Assembly: GCA_021818925.1 (NCBI GenBank)
Contig: JAKASU010000001.1
Span: 1,478-65,477 of the forward strand
Source: Candidatus Micrarchaeota archaeon
GTDB taxonomy: Archaea; Micrarchaeota; Micrarchaeia; Micrarchaeales; CABMGC01
Reading direction: 5' to 3'
Length of the DNA: 64,000 bases
The translations under genes were made by a program, and so were the position numbers. The notes under the pieces were generated by a model. The model was not told the origin of the DNA and searched no databases. It worked only from the letters and a program-made list of their open reading frames with translations. Position 1 is the stretch's first letter, and every line of letters begins with the position of its first letter. Positions 44,150 through 54,474 of this stretch are shown in pieces.

Positions 44150-45316
44150 CTACTTCGCCGCGCTGACTACTTTTATGACGTCGTTGTCCTTCAGCACGTA
44201 GTCCTTTCCGATCCTAAGCTTCTTCCTCGCGTCTATAGCGTATAGCATCTTCTTTGCAAGGTCTGTATGTATCATCTCAGCCAGCTCTACAGCTCTCGTG
44301 CCCTTCCTTACGAGCAGTGCGTCGGGCAGCACGCTGCCGAAATGGTCGGTGTACTTGTTCTCGTCCTCCACGGGATATACCACTATGTTCTCCAGAACCC
44401 CGAATACAGCGGAGTTTATCACCTTCTGCACGCCTGTGCCCCCGTTCTTTCTGACAAAGTCTGCCATGTAGTCCAGGGCCTTCTTCTGTTCGGCGCTGGC
44501 CGCCTTCCTGACTGTAAAGCCCAGCTCGCCAGGCGCGTATTCTATCACCCCGCTTGCCGCAGCTTTCCTGAGCGCCAGCTCTACCGCGCCGGAGCACCCG
44601 ATCACCGTGTATTCGGGGAGCTTCTTTCTCAGCTCTTCTAGCGACTCTGGCTCTGCAAGGTCAAGCTTGTTCGCCGCTACCACCGTCGGCTTGCTTAGCG
44701 AGAGCAGTTTATCGGCAAAGGCATACGTTTCTGCGCTGTCCCACGATATGTGCGAGGTGCTGAGGCCGTTTACCTCGGCGGCTTTCCTCACCTGCTCCTC
44801 TCTCAATCCGAATCCCGATAGCAGCTCAACCACTGCTTTGCTGCCGTTGTCGCTTTTCGAGAGCACGCTGCTGTGATTCCTTATTATTCCTGAGAGCCAC
44901 ATAACCACCTCTTTCCTTGTCGCAGCCACCTCTGCAGCCGGATCGCCTTCGCCTAGGTTGCCGTTCATGTCTGTCTTGCCGCTCAGGTCAACCACTTGTA
45001 TAAACGCGCTCGCGCCGGCCAGATCGCTCAGAAATTGGTTGCCCATTCCTCTGCCCAGATGCGCGTCTGGGACAAGCCCGGCCACATCGGTTATGTTTAT
45101 CGGTATCTCCCTAACTCCGTTCACGCAGAGACCGTTTCTAGGCGTGCATTTTACTCCCAGCTCTTTCTCTACGCATTCCTTTGTGGCGTAGGCCACGCCC
45201 AGATTAGGCTTTATCGTGGTGAACGGATAGTCGGCTATCTCAGCGTTTGCCATGGTGAGCGCTGAGAAGATCGTGCTCTTGCCCTTGTTCGGCGCTCCTA
45301 TGATTCCGATCAGCAT
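44150..45316 (-). CDS. Obg-family GTPase (YchF/Drg-like) with a C-terminal TGS domain
   Basis: G1 is GAPNKGKST, followed by YPFTTIKPN, DVAGLV and NKLD. The C-terminus is KDYVLKDNDVIKV. Confidence 0.75.
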   Translation of the reverse strand: MLIGIIGAPNKGKSTIFSALTMANAEIADYPFTTIKPNLGVAYATKECVEKELGVKCTPRNGLCVNGVREIPINITDVAGLVPDAHLGRGMGNQFLSDLAGASAFIQVVDLSGKTDMNGNLGEGDPAAEVAATRKEVVMWLSGIIRNHSSVLSKSDNGSKAVVELLSGFGLREEQVRKAAEVNGLSTSHISWDSAETYAFADKLLSLSKPTVVAANKLDLAEPESLEELRKKLPEYTVIGCSGAVELALRKAAASGVIEYAPGELGFTVRKAASAEQKKALDYMADFVRKNGGTGVQKVINSAVFGVLENIVVYPVEDENKYTDHFGSVLPDALLVRKGTRAVELAEMIHTDLAKKMLYAIDARKKLRIGKDYVLKDNDVIKVVSAAK

Positions 45317-45323
45317 GCGCAAT

Positions 45324-46637
45324 TCACTTGAACAGCCGCACTCTTATTATCTTCTTGCCCTCGATCTCGCGCAGCATGTAGTATGTGGAGAGGAAAATGA
45401 GCAGGAGCACAACGCCGAATGACAGCGCCTCGTAGGGCATCCCCGCAATGAACGCCAATATGCCGACTATGGCAATTATCGTAAGGTACGGATAGAACGG
45501 AACCTTGAACTCCGCATATGTCTTCTGGCGCCTGAAGTGTATGACAGCAAAACCCCGCATGAGATAAGAGAACAGCAGGCCGAAGTTGCTTATCGCCGCT
45601 ATCACGTATATGTTGCCAGCGAAAAGCATCGCTCCTCCTATGACTGCGGATATCGCGACTCCGCGGATCGCCACGTCGCTCTTTGCGTCATACTTGCGCA
45701 GTATCCTTGGCAGCAGACCGTCGCTGCTTATCTGGTAGAGGAGCCTCGACGAGCCGAGCACCATGGCCAGCGATGCAGATGCGGTGGCTATGAGCGCTCC
45801 GATGTCGGTAAGAGTGAGTAGCCAACCTGGGGCGTGGACGCTGTTCAGCGCGAACGCCAGCGGGTCCCCCCCGATGCGGAAGGAGCTTGCCGGCACCATG
45901 AGCATCAGCGCAAGGACCACAAGTACGTACAGCACAATGCTTATGATCACCGCGGCCATTATCGCCTTGGCTGCGCTCCTCGGCCCGCCCTCGACCCTTG
46001 AGGTGAACGTTGCAATGTTCTGGAATCCTGAGTAGGCAAAGATTATGGCTATGCTTGCCGCGAATATTTGCGCTATGCCGAGCTGCGCCGGCGACGCCTG
46101 GAAGTTGACGAAGTTGAAGCCTCCGGAGCGCATGACCATCGAGAATGCGAATCCTATGAAGATGATCAGTATCGATATTTTTATCAGTACAAGCCCCAAA
46201 TCCGCTCTGGCCGCCTTCTTTATCCCGAGCGCATTTATGCCAGATACCGCGGCTATGAGCAGCATCGCGAAAGGTATGGCGTACGCCGAGGACTGCACTC
46301 CCAGCATATTTGACAGGTAGGAACCGAAGCCAAGGGCTATCACGGATATCGAGGTGGCGTAGCTGAAGTACATCATCATTCCCGTCATGAATCCCATCTC
46401 GCTACCGAAGGCCTTGTAGACATATGAGTAAGAAGCGCCCTTGGCGTTGGGCATTATCGTTGCCAGCTCGCCGAGCTCAAGCGCCACTATCAGGATGACG
46501 ACGCCCACCAACACGAACGCCAGCAAAGCGTACGGACCGGCTAGCGCAATGGCCGTGCCGCTGAGCACGAAGATGCCGGCGCCTATTATCGCCCCCAGGC
46601 CCACAGCCGTTGCAGCAGCGGAGCTTATCTTCTGCAT
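45324..46637 (-). CDS. APC-superfamily amino acid permease
   Basis: It has 12 hydrophobic helices and the N-terminus ..GLGAIIGAGIFVLSG. Confidence 0.8.
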   Translation of the reverse strand: MQKISSAAATAVGLGAIIGAGIFVLSGTAIALAGPYALLAFVLVGVVILIVALELGELATIMPNAKGASYSYVYKAFGSEMGFMTGMMMYFSYATSISVIALGFGSYLSNMLGVQSSAYAIPFAMLLIAAVSGINALGIKKAARADLGLVLIKISILIIFIGFAFSMVMRSGGFNFVNFQASPAQLGIAQIFAASIAIIFAYSGFQNIATFTSRVEGGPRSAAKAIMAAVIISIVLYVLVVLALMLMVPASSFRIGGDPLAFALNSVHAPGWLLTLTDIGALIATASASLAMVLGSSRLLYQISSDGLLPRILRKYDAKSDVAIRGVAISAVIGGAMLFAGNIYVIAAISNFGLLFSYLMRGFAVIHFRRQKTYAEFKVPFYPYLTIIAIVGILAFIAGMPYEALSFGVVLLLIFLSTYYMLREIEGKKIIRVRLFK

Positions 46638-46713
46638 GCCTATCTAATTACTCAAAGGAATAAAAACACATCAAGACAAAGATACTAAAAGCTGCGATTG
46701 CAAGTACCATCGC

Positions 46714-46799
46714 GCGGGGGTGGCAGAGTTTGGTCAAATGCGACAGGTTCAGGGCCTGTTACCCTAGTGGTTGCGTGAGTTCAAATCTCACCCCCCGCA
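46714..46799 (+). tRNA. tRNA-Leu (anticodon CAG), class II with a long variable arm
   Basis: The acceptor is GCGGGGG/CCCCCGC plus A, the anticodon arm is ACAGG-TTCAGGG-CCTGT and the T arm is GTGAG-TTCAAAT-CTCAC. It is 86 nt. Confidence 0.85.
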
Positions 46800-46990
46800 G
46801 ACCCTGCCTAAAATAGCTTATTTTTCGTCTGGATGGTGGGCATTTACGTGTAGAAGGAAAAATGACGCGGGACCGGAGTGGCTGAATCACACCGCGCATT
46901 CGCACCGAAGCGGCAATAGGCAAGCCTTCTTATTTAAGTCTTTTCTGATATATTCCATATTCTGAATCCTCACTGCAGGAATTGGTAACA

Positions 46991-48307
46991 ATGGCAAGCC
47001 TACCCAACATCTACAAGCACAAGAACCTCAAGTTTCTCATCGCCGTACCGCTCGTGCTGCTGGTTCTCGGCGCGCTGTTCTCAACGCAGATAGTGCTCGA
47101 CACCTCGCTGCGCGGAGGGGTCAGCATAATAATCCAGACGAACACCACCCTAGGCGCCGGGACCCTCGCCGGGGACATAAGCTCTGCGCTACACGTGCAG
47201 GCGTCGGAGATAGCCACGAGCCCCGGAGGGCTCCAGATAACGCTGCCGATAAATCAGAGCCTTGCAAATGCCAATTCTTACCTTATCCAGTTCTATGCCG
47301 ACAAGTCCAACTACTCCGCCTATCTGGTCAATGCCACATCGCTGAGCATAGCCTACGGTCAGAACAAGACGCCGGCTCTGCTGCCGCAGATACAGCAAGC
47401 GAACGCCAACATAAACGCCTCGCTTCAGAAGATGCAACTCGCGCTTAAGAACGAGATAACGGCGCTGCAGCCTTTCGGGGCGCAGGTCAACTCTACGATC
47501 AACTCAACTGACCCTAACGTGCTGCAGAATTCAGCGCAATCGGCTTACAGCACCGCTAGCTCCGTGTACCAGGCCAACGTAATAGCAACGCTGCACAGGC
47601 TCATACCCTTCACTTCCTACTCCTACCAGCAGGTAACCCCGACACTTGGGCAGTTCTTCCTAGGAGAACTCGCAAACACGATAATAGTCGCTTTCGTTCT
47701 GGTCTTCTTCGTAGTGCTATTCATCTTCCATTCAGACCTTAGCTTTTCCATCACGTACGTGAGGGTCGCGGTGTTCGTTGCTGCTCTTGCGCTTGTGCTC
47801 GTCGCAGTTCCGCATCTGCTTTCCTCCCTGTCCATTGCACCTTTCACCCTCGTTCTGATGGTTGTCGTGTCAGCCATCGTCGTCTTCCTGTCTCCTATAC
47901 CATCCATGGCCGTCGTCTTCGGTGCTGCCAACGACATAATAATTGCGCTCGGGGCTATGGGTCTCTTCAAGATACCGCTCGGGGTGGCGAGCGTCGCAGG
48001 CCTCCTGATGCTCATAGGCTACTCGATAGACACAGACGTGCTGACCGCGATAAGGATACTGCGCAGGGGGGAGGGAACCCCCGAGGAAAGGGCTTACTCC
48101 GCGATGCGGACCGGCGTGACCATGACCGCGACAGCCATAGTCTCGTTCGGAGTTCTCTTTGTCGTATCGCTCATAGCCTACGTGCCGACATACTATGAGA
48201 TTGCTGGCGTGGTGCTCTTCGGACTGATCGGCGACATAGCAACGACATGGCTTGGAAACGCATCGATGATACTCATGTACAAGAAGCGAAAGGAGGGAAC
48301 CAGATGA
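46991..48307 (+). CDS. secF: Protein translocase subunit SecF (enlarged)
   Basis: The C-terminal core reads ..GAANDIIIALG..LIGYSIDTDVLTAIRILRR... It has a long periplasmic domain and an extra hydrophobic insertion. Confidence 0.75.
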   Translation: MASLPNIYKHKNLKFLIAVPLVLLVLGALFSTQIVLDTSLRGGVSIIIQTNTTLGAGTLAGDISSALHVQASEIATSPGGLQITLPINQSLANANSYLIQFYADKSNYSAYLVNATSLSIAYGQNKTPALLPQIQQANANINASLQKMQLALKNEITALQPFGAQVNSTINSTDPNVLQNSAQSAYSTASSVYQANVIATLHRLIPFTSYSYQQVTPTLGQFFLGELANTIIVAFVLVFFVVLFIFHSDLSFSITYVRVAVFVAALALVLVAVPHLLSSLSIAPFTLVLMVVVSAIVVFLSPIPSMAVVFGAANDIIIALGAMGLFKIPLGVASVAGLLMLIGYSIDTDVLTAIRILRRGEGTPEERAYSAMRTGVTMTATAIVSFGVLFVVSLIAYVPTYYEIAGVVLFGLIGDIATTWLGNASMILMYKKRKEGTR

Positions 48308-49911
48308 TAACCGACTACCTCAAGAACATCAGGATATCGATCCTTCTAGTACTCATAGCACTGCTTCTCGTGCTTGACATACTCTTCGGCGGCCCAAACG
48401 GGCTTCATCTTGGAGTGGAGTTCATAGGCGGCACTCAGATACCGGTGCAGCTCCAGTCGAGCGTAAATCCAAGCACTATGAGCAGCCTTCTCACCATCCT
48501 GCAGGAGCGACTCTCCACCTTCGGGCTGAAGCAGATAACGGTAGAGGGAATCGGCAGCTCGGAGGTCTACGTCACCATACCTTCCGTATCTGGAACCGAG
48601 ATCAACAGCACCATATCAGTCATAGAGAGCCAGGGCGTCTTCCAGGGAGTCGTGAACGGCAATGAGGCGCTCAACGGCTCAGGCCTGCTCAGCGGAAGCA
48701 TAGGAGCGCAGCAACCGGTCATCTCCGCTGGCAACGTCTCTTGGGCGGTCAGTTTCTTCATAACCCAGCAGGCAGCTGTCAAGTTCTCAAAGGCGGTCTT
48801 CGGCCAGGCGAACCAGCCTCTCTACATGTTCCTTGACAGGCCGAGCAACTCGATCGTGCTCTTCAACGCATCGCTCTTCAAGACCGCCTCCGCTATAGGC
48901 GTGAACCAGACTGCAGAGCTGCAGGCGCTGCAGCGGTCTGCAAACTTCGGCAATCAGACGATACCAATAGAGATATACAACCCCGACCTCAGCAACATCG
49001 CCTCTGTGCAGGCCTTCTTCGAGGCGAACAAGGGCAGGTACAGGAGCGTAATAACAACAAGAGACTTGCCATCGTCCCTGGAATCAAACATAAGCTCGCT
49101 CAACTACTCCATCGATTACGTCACGCCGCAGAACATGACCCCCACCTTCGCTCCGGTTCTCACCTCATCATCGCAGAGCGTTGTCGTCAACGCATGGCCG
49201 GCGATAGGACTGCTCTCGTCCCCGATACTTAGCCCCGGGATAACGAATGGCACGGTGGGCCAGAGCTACCAGATAAGCGGCTTCGCACCAACCACGCTCT
49301 CAAAATCGGCGCAGCTGGCGTACGCGACCAACCAATCCACCCAGATAGCGAGCGTGCTCAGCGGCGGCGCGCTGCCCGTCCATGTTATAGTTGGCACACC
49401 GACCACGATACCGCCCACGCTGGGATCGCATTTCGAGCTGATCAGCGCAATCGCGCTGCTCGCTGCTATACTCGCCGTATCGCTGACCGTGGCGATAAGG
49501 TACAAAAAGGCGTTTCTTGTGGTGCCGATACTCTTCACCACGTTCGCCGAGCTTTTCATCATACTCTCTATAATAGGGCTGATAGGGACGATAGACCTCG
49601 CGGCTGTAGCCGGAATGATCGCGGTCGTTGGCACAGGCGTTGACGCTCAGATAATAATCACGGACGAGGTGCTTCATACCGGCGCCGAGCACACGCTCAA
49701 GCTAAAGCTCAGCAACGCGTTCTTCATAATCTGGGCAGACGCGGGACTTCTAGTGGTGGCGATGCTCCCGCTTCTCTTCTCAACCACGCTCATCACGATA
49801 ATCGGATTCGCCGAGTCGACGATACTTGGGGTGCTCTTCGGCGCGTTCGTGACTAGGCCGGCCTACGGCGCCATAATCGGCAGTCATTACTCGAAGCAGG
49901 AGCAAAAATGA
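48304..49911 (+). CDS. secD: Protein translocase subunit SecD
   Basis: Motifs are ..GLHLGVEFIGGT.. and ..IAVVGTGVDAQIIITDE... ATGA overlaps the secF stop. Confidence 0.8.
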   Translation: MITDYLKNIRISILLVLIALLLVLDILFGGPNGLHLGVEFIGGTQIPVQLQSSVNPSTMSSLLTILQERLSTFGLKQITVEGIGSSEVYVTIPSVSGTEINSTISVIESQGVFQGVVNGNEALNGSGLLSGSIGAQQPVISAGNVSWAVSFFITQQAAVKFSKAVFGQANQPLYMFLDRPSNSIVLFNASLFKTASAIGVNQTAELQALQRSANFGNQTIPIEIYNPDLSNIASVQAFFEANKGRYRSVITTRDLPSSLESNISSLNYSIDYVTPQNMTPTFAPVLTSSSQSVVVNAWPAIGLLSSPILSPGITNGTVGQSYQISGFAPTTLSKSAQLAYATNQSTQIASVLSGGALPVHVIVGTPTTIPPTLGSHFELISAIALLAAILAVSLTVAIRYKKAFLVVPILFTTFAELFIILSIIGLIGTIDLAAVAGMIAVVGTGVDAQIIITDEVLHTGAEHTLKLKLSNAFFIIWADAGLLVVAMLPLLFSTTLITIIGFAESTILGVLFGAFVTRPAYGAIIGSHYSKQEQK

Positions 49912-51659
49912 CTTCAGCCAGCTCCGCCGAACCGCACCATCCAAAAGAAAACACTATAAATAGACCTAACCATAGTTTTTCGGCAATCGTTATGTTTGCA
50001 GGGAAGTTCGCGCGCCACGGGAGAGGAAGCAAGGCCAAGACGTCAGGCCGTACCGGCCCACGCTGGTACTTGCTGCTAGTGGCAATCATAGCCTTGGGGC
50101 TACTCCTTTCCTATCTTATGTATTCCGGGCCTGATCCGTGGTACGACGACTCGATCTACATATTTTTAGCGCACGAGGCGCTGTCGGGCAACGCATCTTT
50201 TATTGGCAGCAGGTTCGCTTACGGATTCCTGAAGCTTTTTCCGCTTGCCGCCAGCTTTGGGCTGCTTGGTTACGGCAATTTTCAGGCAGTACTTCCAAGC
50301 GTTTTGGAATACGTTCTTCTCATCATCATGACCTTCCTGATAGGCAAGAAGCTTCAGGGTGAAAGGCTCGGCGTCATTGCCGCATTCCTTGCCGCGACCG
50401 CACCATTCGCCGTGTCAAACGCGACACGCGTGCTGCCCGACATAGTCACCGGCCTGGCGCTGTCCGTGTCCATATACCTCTTTCTGGCCAGCACCGATAC
50501 CAAGCACAGCGTTGTGCTGCCGATTCTTTTCGGAGCTTCTACAGCCCTCCCGCTTTTCTTCAACGAGGAGGGATTTGCCACAATGCTCTTCTCTTGGGTT
50601 TACGTAGCCTTCTTGCTGGTTTCAAACACGCTCAGAATTGGCGCAAGACGTGCGGTAACAAATGGAAGGACCGATGCCGCAGCAAGCGTAACTTTCAGAT
50701 TTGTGTCTTTTGCCGCAGTGGGTACTGTTGCATGCTTGTCCGCATACTTCATCGTATTCTACGTCTCACTTGGTTCCCCCTTCTTCGTCTTCACGCACTA
50801 CAACGCGGGCTTTTCGCCTCTCAACCCATTTTCCGAGGCATACACCCTGCTGTTTGGGAATTTCCTCAACGCTGGCACTTTCACACAGGACCTCTATCCT
50901 ATAGGCCCTCTGTCGCTTTTGGCGATGGCCGGCAGCGTGCTGTTCGCTATCAGGTCCGGAAGGCGCGGAAATTTCATAAGCTTCCTGAACTGGAGCTTTG
51001 TCATGTTTATGATCTTCGGCACAACGAGCCTTGCTGGAGGCTATCATCCAATCCCTGTTACTACACGGTTCTTTGGCATAGTGCTCTCTACTTTCTCTCT
51101 TCTTGCTGCTTTTGCGCTACTGAGTTTCTACGACTATGCTAAAAAAACATTCAGGAGACGCGCACCGTCTTATCCGGCAGCGCCTCTGATCGCCATGCTG
51201 TCGCTGCTCTTTGCGATAACGCTGGCCTGCTTACCGCTGTACGGAATGCTGATCCAGTCCAACCGCATAATCCTTCAAAACAACCAGGAGCTTTATCAGT
51301 CAACGAGATATGCGACAAGCGTAGCGCCAGCCGGAGAGCCGATAGCAGTCTACACGGACGCATTCGGCGGCTTCGGTTTCATACTGCCGCTGTTCCTTTC
51401 CTTCACCACCGGATTCAACGCAAGCATCACATACCAAAGCATAGTGGATTATGGCTCAAACAACACACTTACCAGTTGCGCGCTTGCAAGCGGTTCCAGT
51501 CCTTTTCTGATTGTCGAATACCAGAATGTAGGGCCGGCCGCAAGGGAGCAGATAGATGCGCAGGTAAGCGCCTGGCTATCCGATACCTGCACCGCCACCC
51601 TGCTGACCGAAATCAACCAGACATATATCTACTCGCTTTCAGGCTCAACGCAAGGGTAA
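49908..51659 (+). CDS. GT-C fold glycosyltransferase (PMT/ArnT-like), paralogue 2
   Basis: The first-loop motif is PWYDDSIY, and the protein is polytopic. ATGA overlaps the secD stop. The C-terminus is ..NQTYIYSLSG. Confidence 0.7.
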   Translation: MTSASSAEPHHPKENTINRPNHSFSAIVMFAGKFARHGRGSKAKTSGRTGPRWYLLLVAIIALGLLLSYLMYSGPDPWYDDSIYIFLAHEALSGNASFIGSRFAYGFLKLFPLAASFGLLGYGNFQAVLPSVLEYVLLIIMTFLIGKKLQGERLGVIAAFLAATAPFAVSNATRVLPDIVTGLALSVSIYLFLASTDTKHSVVLPILFGASTALPLFFNEEGFATMLFSWVYVAFLLVSNTLRIGARRAVTNGRTDAAASVTFRFVSFAAVGTVACLSAYFIVFYVSLGSPFFVFTHYNAGFSPLNPFSEAYTLLFGNFLNAGTFTQDLYPIGPLSLLAMAGSVLFAIRSGRRGNFISFLNWSFVMFMIFGTTSLAGGYHPIPVTTRFFGIVLSTFSLLAAFALLSFYDYAKKTFRRRAPSYPAAPLIAMLSLLFAITLACLPLYGMLIQSNRIILQNNQELYQSTRYATSVAPAGEPIAVYTDAFGGFGFILPLFLSFTTGFNASITYQSIVDYGSNNTLTSCALASGSSPFLIVEYQNVGPAAREQIDAQVSAWLSDTCTATLLTEINQTYIYSLSGSTQG

Positions 51660-51691
51660 AGTATCTGTTTGCGCAGATAGAAGTGAGCTAA

Positions 51692-52327
51692 ATGAAGCAC
51701 TGCCCGATATGCAACAGGACAAGCGAGGAGGCTAGGTTCTTCGGCGAGTTCTGCGAGTTCTGCCTCGGCGGCAAGCTGAGGGAGAAGCTGGCCGCTGAGG
51801 TGGATGTTGAGGTCTGCAGGGACTGCGGCAGGGTGAAGGTTGCGGGCGCGTTCGTCCCTTACACCGAAAGCAGCCTGGAGCGCCTGCTTTCCATAAAGTT
51901 CAAGCCCCACACTGTAAAGATGATACACATCAGCAACGGCATTGCAAGGATATCGGTGGGAGACGAAAAGCATCAGGGATTGAGCATAGATTACAACGTG
52001 CACCTCAAGCCCAGGAAAGTCCTCTGCGATGACGACGCGAAGAAGCGCGCAGGCTACTACGAGGCGGTGGTGCAGCTGCGCGGCGAAGCCGGCAGGGTTG
52101 AGAGGGTGGCAATGTCGCTCTCGAAGTACCTGGAAAAGAACGGCGCCTTCGTGACAAAGGTGGAGAGCAAGGAGCACGGCATCGATGTGTATACGAGCGA
52201 CAAGAAGGTCGCGTTCGCATTCATAAGCTCAAGGCACTTGAAGTTCAAGGGCTCGTTCGAGCTGCACGGCGAGAAGCGCGGCCGCCGCCTGTACAGGAAC
52301 ACGTATTTTATAACCCTTCCAAAATAG
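51692..52327 (+). CDS. NMD3-family protein (archaeal)
   Basis: It has N-terminal Cys pairs (CPICN..CEFC..CRDCG) and YYEAVVQLRG. Confidence 0.6.
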   Translation: MKHCPICNRTSEEARFFGEFCEFCLGGKLREKLAAEVDVEVCRDCGRVKVAGAFVPYTESSLERLLSIKFKPHTVKMIHISNGIARISVGDEKHQGLSIDYNVHLKPRKVLCDDDAKKRAGYYEAVVQLRGEAGRVERVAMSLSKYLEKNGAFVTKVESKEHGIDVYTSDKKVAFAFISSRHLKFKGSFELHGEKRGRRLYRNTYFITLPK

Positions 52328-52336
52328 CAGTAAGCG

Positions 52337-52588
52337 TCATGCGGCGTAGAGCACAACCTTCCATATCCACATGTATGGCGTAAAGCCGGCAAGAGAAGGG
52401 TATACTGAAGGGTAATAAACAACGCGCATGTTCTTGCAGGGGAGCTGACCACTAGAATCTACCTGTATGTAATATGCGCCTTCCGTCACATTGCTGCAGC
52501 CTGCGGACATGTTGAAAGTAACGAAGCGGTATCTGTAGCCGGTGTAGCTATACAACGCCAAGGCCGCCCACTGTATTTGACGCTTCAA
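52337..52588 (-). CDS. Small hypothetical ORF downstream of a GT-C gene (weak)
   Basis: The ORF is 83 aa, rich in Tyr and Cys, and faintly resembles the C-terminal soluble tails of the GT-C paralogues. It has no independent support. Confidence 0.2.
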   Translation of the reverse strand: MKRQIQWAALALYSYTGYRYRFVTFNMSAGCSNVTEGAYYIQVDSSGQLPCKNMRVVYYPSVYPSLAGFTPYMWIWKVVLYAA

Positions 52589-52713
52589 TTTCGATTATCG
52601 GAATCAAGCCGAAGGCCCCTGCCGCAATGCGCAAGCGCGATGACGTATCTCATGTCATGCATCTAAGTCCATCTGTTGTTGCACATGTATTATACGTTGC
52701 CTCTACATCCACG

Positions 52714-54453
52714 TCATGCCTTGTAGTAGATGTTGCCTGTGAAGTCCGGGGCTACCGGGTAGAGATTCACAAGCGTAGAGTTCGCGTAGAGATCCGCATA
52801 GAGCGACAGGTCACCGCACTCAGAAGGGTTGTACGCCCAAGTCTCGTTTATGTTCCAGAGGTTATAGCCGTTTATGTACTGGATCGTGGCGTTGGTGGGT
52901 ATCACTAGGAATGTTTCGTTTGGTATGCTTGCGCACGTCGGCATAAAGGTGCCGCCGTACGCGCCGTCGTCGTACTGGCCTATGTTGATATTGCCCGGGT
53001 AGCCCAGGTAGAAGGGCATGTAGTAAGGTATCTCGCCAGGCGCATACACGCTTCTGACAGGCAGGTCTGAATGCTTTACCGCATTTGACATCGCTTTCAC
53101 GAATAGCATTGAGTTGTGATTGTATGCGTAGTAGTAGTAGTCGAGCGGGATGGAGGTGGCAAACAGCACCGCTAGGATCATCACGGCTGCCGCGGTCCGC
53201 CATAGTTTCCGCTTTCCGCGCGTTCTACCGTTGCCAAGCATGAAGCTCTCCAGCGCGATGCCCATGACCAGCACGATCATCGGAGCCGCCACTATTGTGA
53301 ACCTCATCAGCTTGTATATTGGGAAATAGTGGGTAACGCTCATGCTGCCAAACTCCATGTACGCCGCAAGGAACGAGGCAGCAGACAGCGCGAAGTACGA
53401 GCGCCTGTCCCTCTTCAGCAGCAGGTAGATTCCAGAGATGACTGCAGCATAACCGAAAAGCCCGACCTCGTTCTGGTTCAGCGAGTTGAGCGAGAATGTT
53501 GAGGCCAGCCAGTTAGATATCCCGCCAGCGGCGCCCTGCGGATTCAGATGCAGCAGCGGCGAAAGCACAGTGCCTGTGAAGTCGTATGGGAAGTAGCCAG
53601 AAAGGTAGAAAGTAAGGCTGGGGTTGGTGTAGAATATCTCGTCGGGTCCGCCAGCCGCGCTGTAGTAGTTGCTCGTGAGCCCTATCTCGTAGAAGGGATT
53701 GCCGCCTGGCGAGAGCAGCAGGTTAACATAGCCCAGCGCCGCCATAGCGGTGAGCAGTCCGAGGATCACTCCGAGCGACCTGAAGTCGAATTCAATCCGG
53801 CGTGACCTTGCAGACCTATAGACAGCGTCGAGTAGAATGTAGACAGCATAGAAAAGCACGTACAGGTACGCCAACGGGTTGGCTAGCGTCCCAAGAAAGG
53901 CGAGAATGCCGGATATCACATAAGCCGATATGCTCTTCTTCTTTCGGCCGTAAACGAAGAAAAGCGCGGAAAGGCTCACAAACATCGCCAGCGGCAGCAT
54001 CGGCTCCGGGGTGCTGTTGTACTTCAGTATTAGCGGGTACAATGAAAACAGCAGCGCCGAGAGCAGGCCGGCCCTGGGCGTGTACAGTTCCCTGCCTATG
54101 AGGTAGACCGCGATTATGGCTATGAGATAAGACAGCAGAGACCAGGCGGCCGCCCCTATATCGGTGTATCCGAATAGCCCGATGAATGCGGCAAGCGGGT
54201 AATCCGCCATCAGCCTTATCGAGAATATGTTTATCGATTCGCTGAACGTTCCGCTGAGTATGCTTGGGGCATACTGTGTGTATGACGCATCGTCTCCGTA
54301 GAAGCTCGGCCCCTTGATCAGCAGCAGTGAGAGCACAAGCCCGAAGATCAGGATTGCAGCAAGGTACTGCGTCTCGCGTTTAGACAGGCAGCCGGCCGCA
54401 CCGGCCCAGAATCTTTCCAGAAACCCCTTTCTCATGCAGTTCCACCAACGCAT
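52714..54453 (-). CDS. GT-C fold glycosyltransferase (PMT/ArnT-like), paralogue 3
   Basis: The first-loop motif is FYGDDASY, and the protein is polytopic. The C-terminus is ..FTGNIYYKA. Confidence 0.7.
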   Translation of the reverse strand: MRWWNCMRKGFLERFWAGAAGCLSKRETQYLAAILIFGLVLSLLLIKGPSFYGDDASYTQYAPSILSGTFSESINIFSIRLMADYPLAAFIGLFGYTDIGAAAWSLLSYLIAIIAVYLIGRELYTPRAGLLSALLFSLYPLILKYNSTPEPMLPLAMFVSLSALFFVYGRKKKSISAYVISGILAFLGTLANPLAYLYVLFYAVYILLDAVYRSARSRRIEFDFRSLGVILGLLTAMAALGYVNLLLSPGGNPFYEIGLTSNYYSAAGGPDEIFYTNPSLTFYLSGYFPYDFTGTVLSPLLHLNPQGAAGGISNWLASTFSLNSLNQNEVGLFGYAAVISGIYLLLKRDRRSYFALSAASFLAAYMEFGSMSVTHYFPIYKLMRFTIVAAPMIVLVMGIALESFMLGNGRTRGKRKLWRTAAAVMILAVLFATSIPLDYYYYAYNHNSMLFVKAMSNAVKHSDLPVRSVYAPGEIPYYMPFYLGYPGNINIGQYDDGAYGGTFMPTCASIPNETFLVIPTNATIQYINGYNLWNINETWAYNPSECGDLSLYADLYANSTLVNLYPVAPDFTGNIYYKA

Positions 54454-54474
54454 ATCTTACCCATCGCATTTTAT

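Noticed and set aside
46771-46965. A 64-aa track ORF
   Set aside because: It starts inside tRNA-Leu and continues into an intergenic region. It has no motif and atypical composition.
46800-46990. Possible small RNA (box C/D or other) in the 191-bp gap between tRNA-Leu and secF
   Set aside because: I found CTGA-like D boxes but no RUGAUGA C box and no convincing stem structure. The evidence is insufficient.
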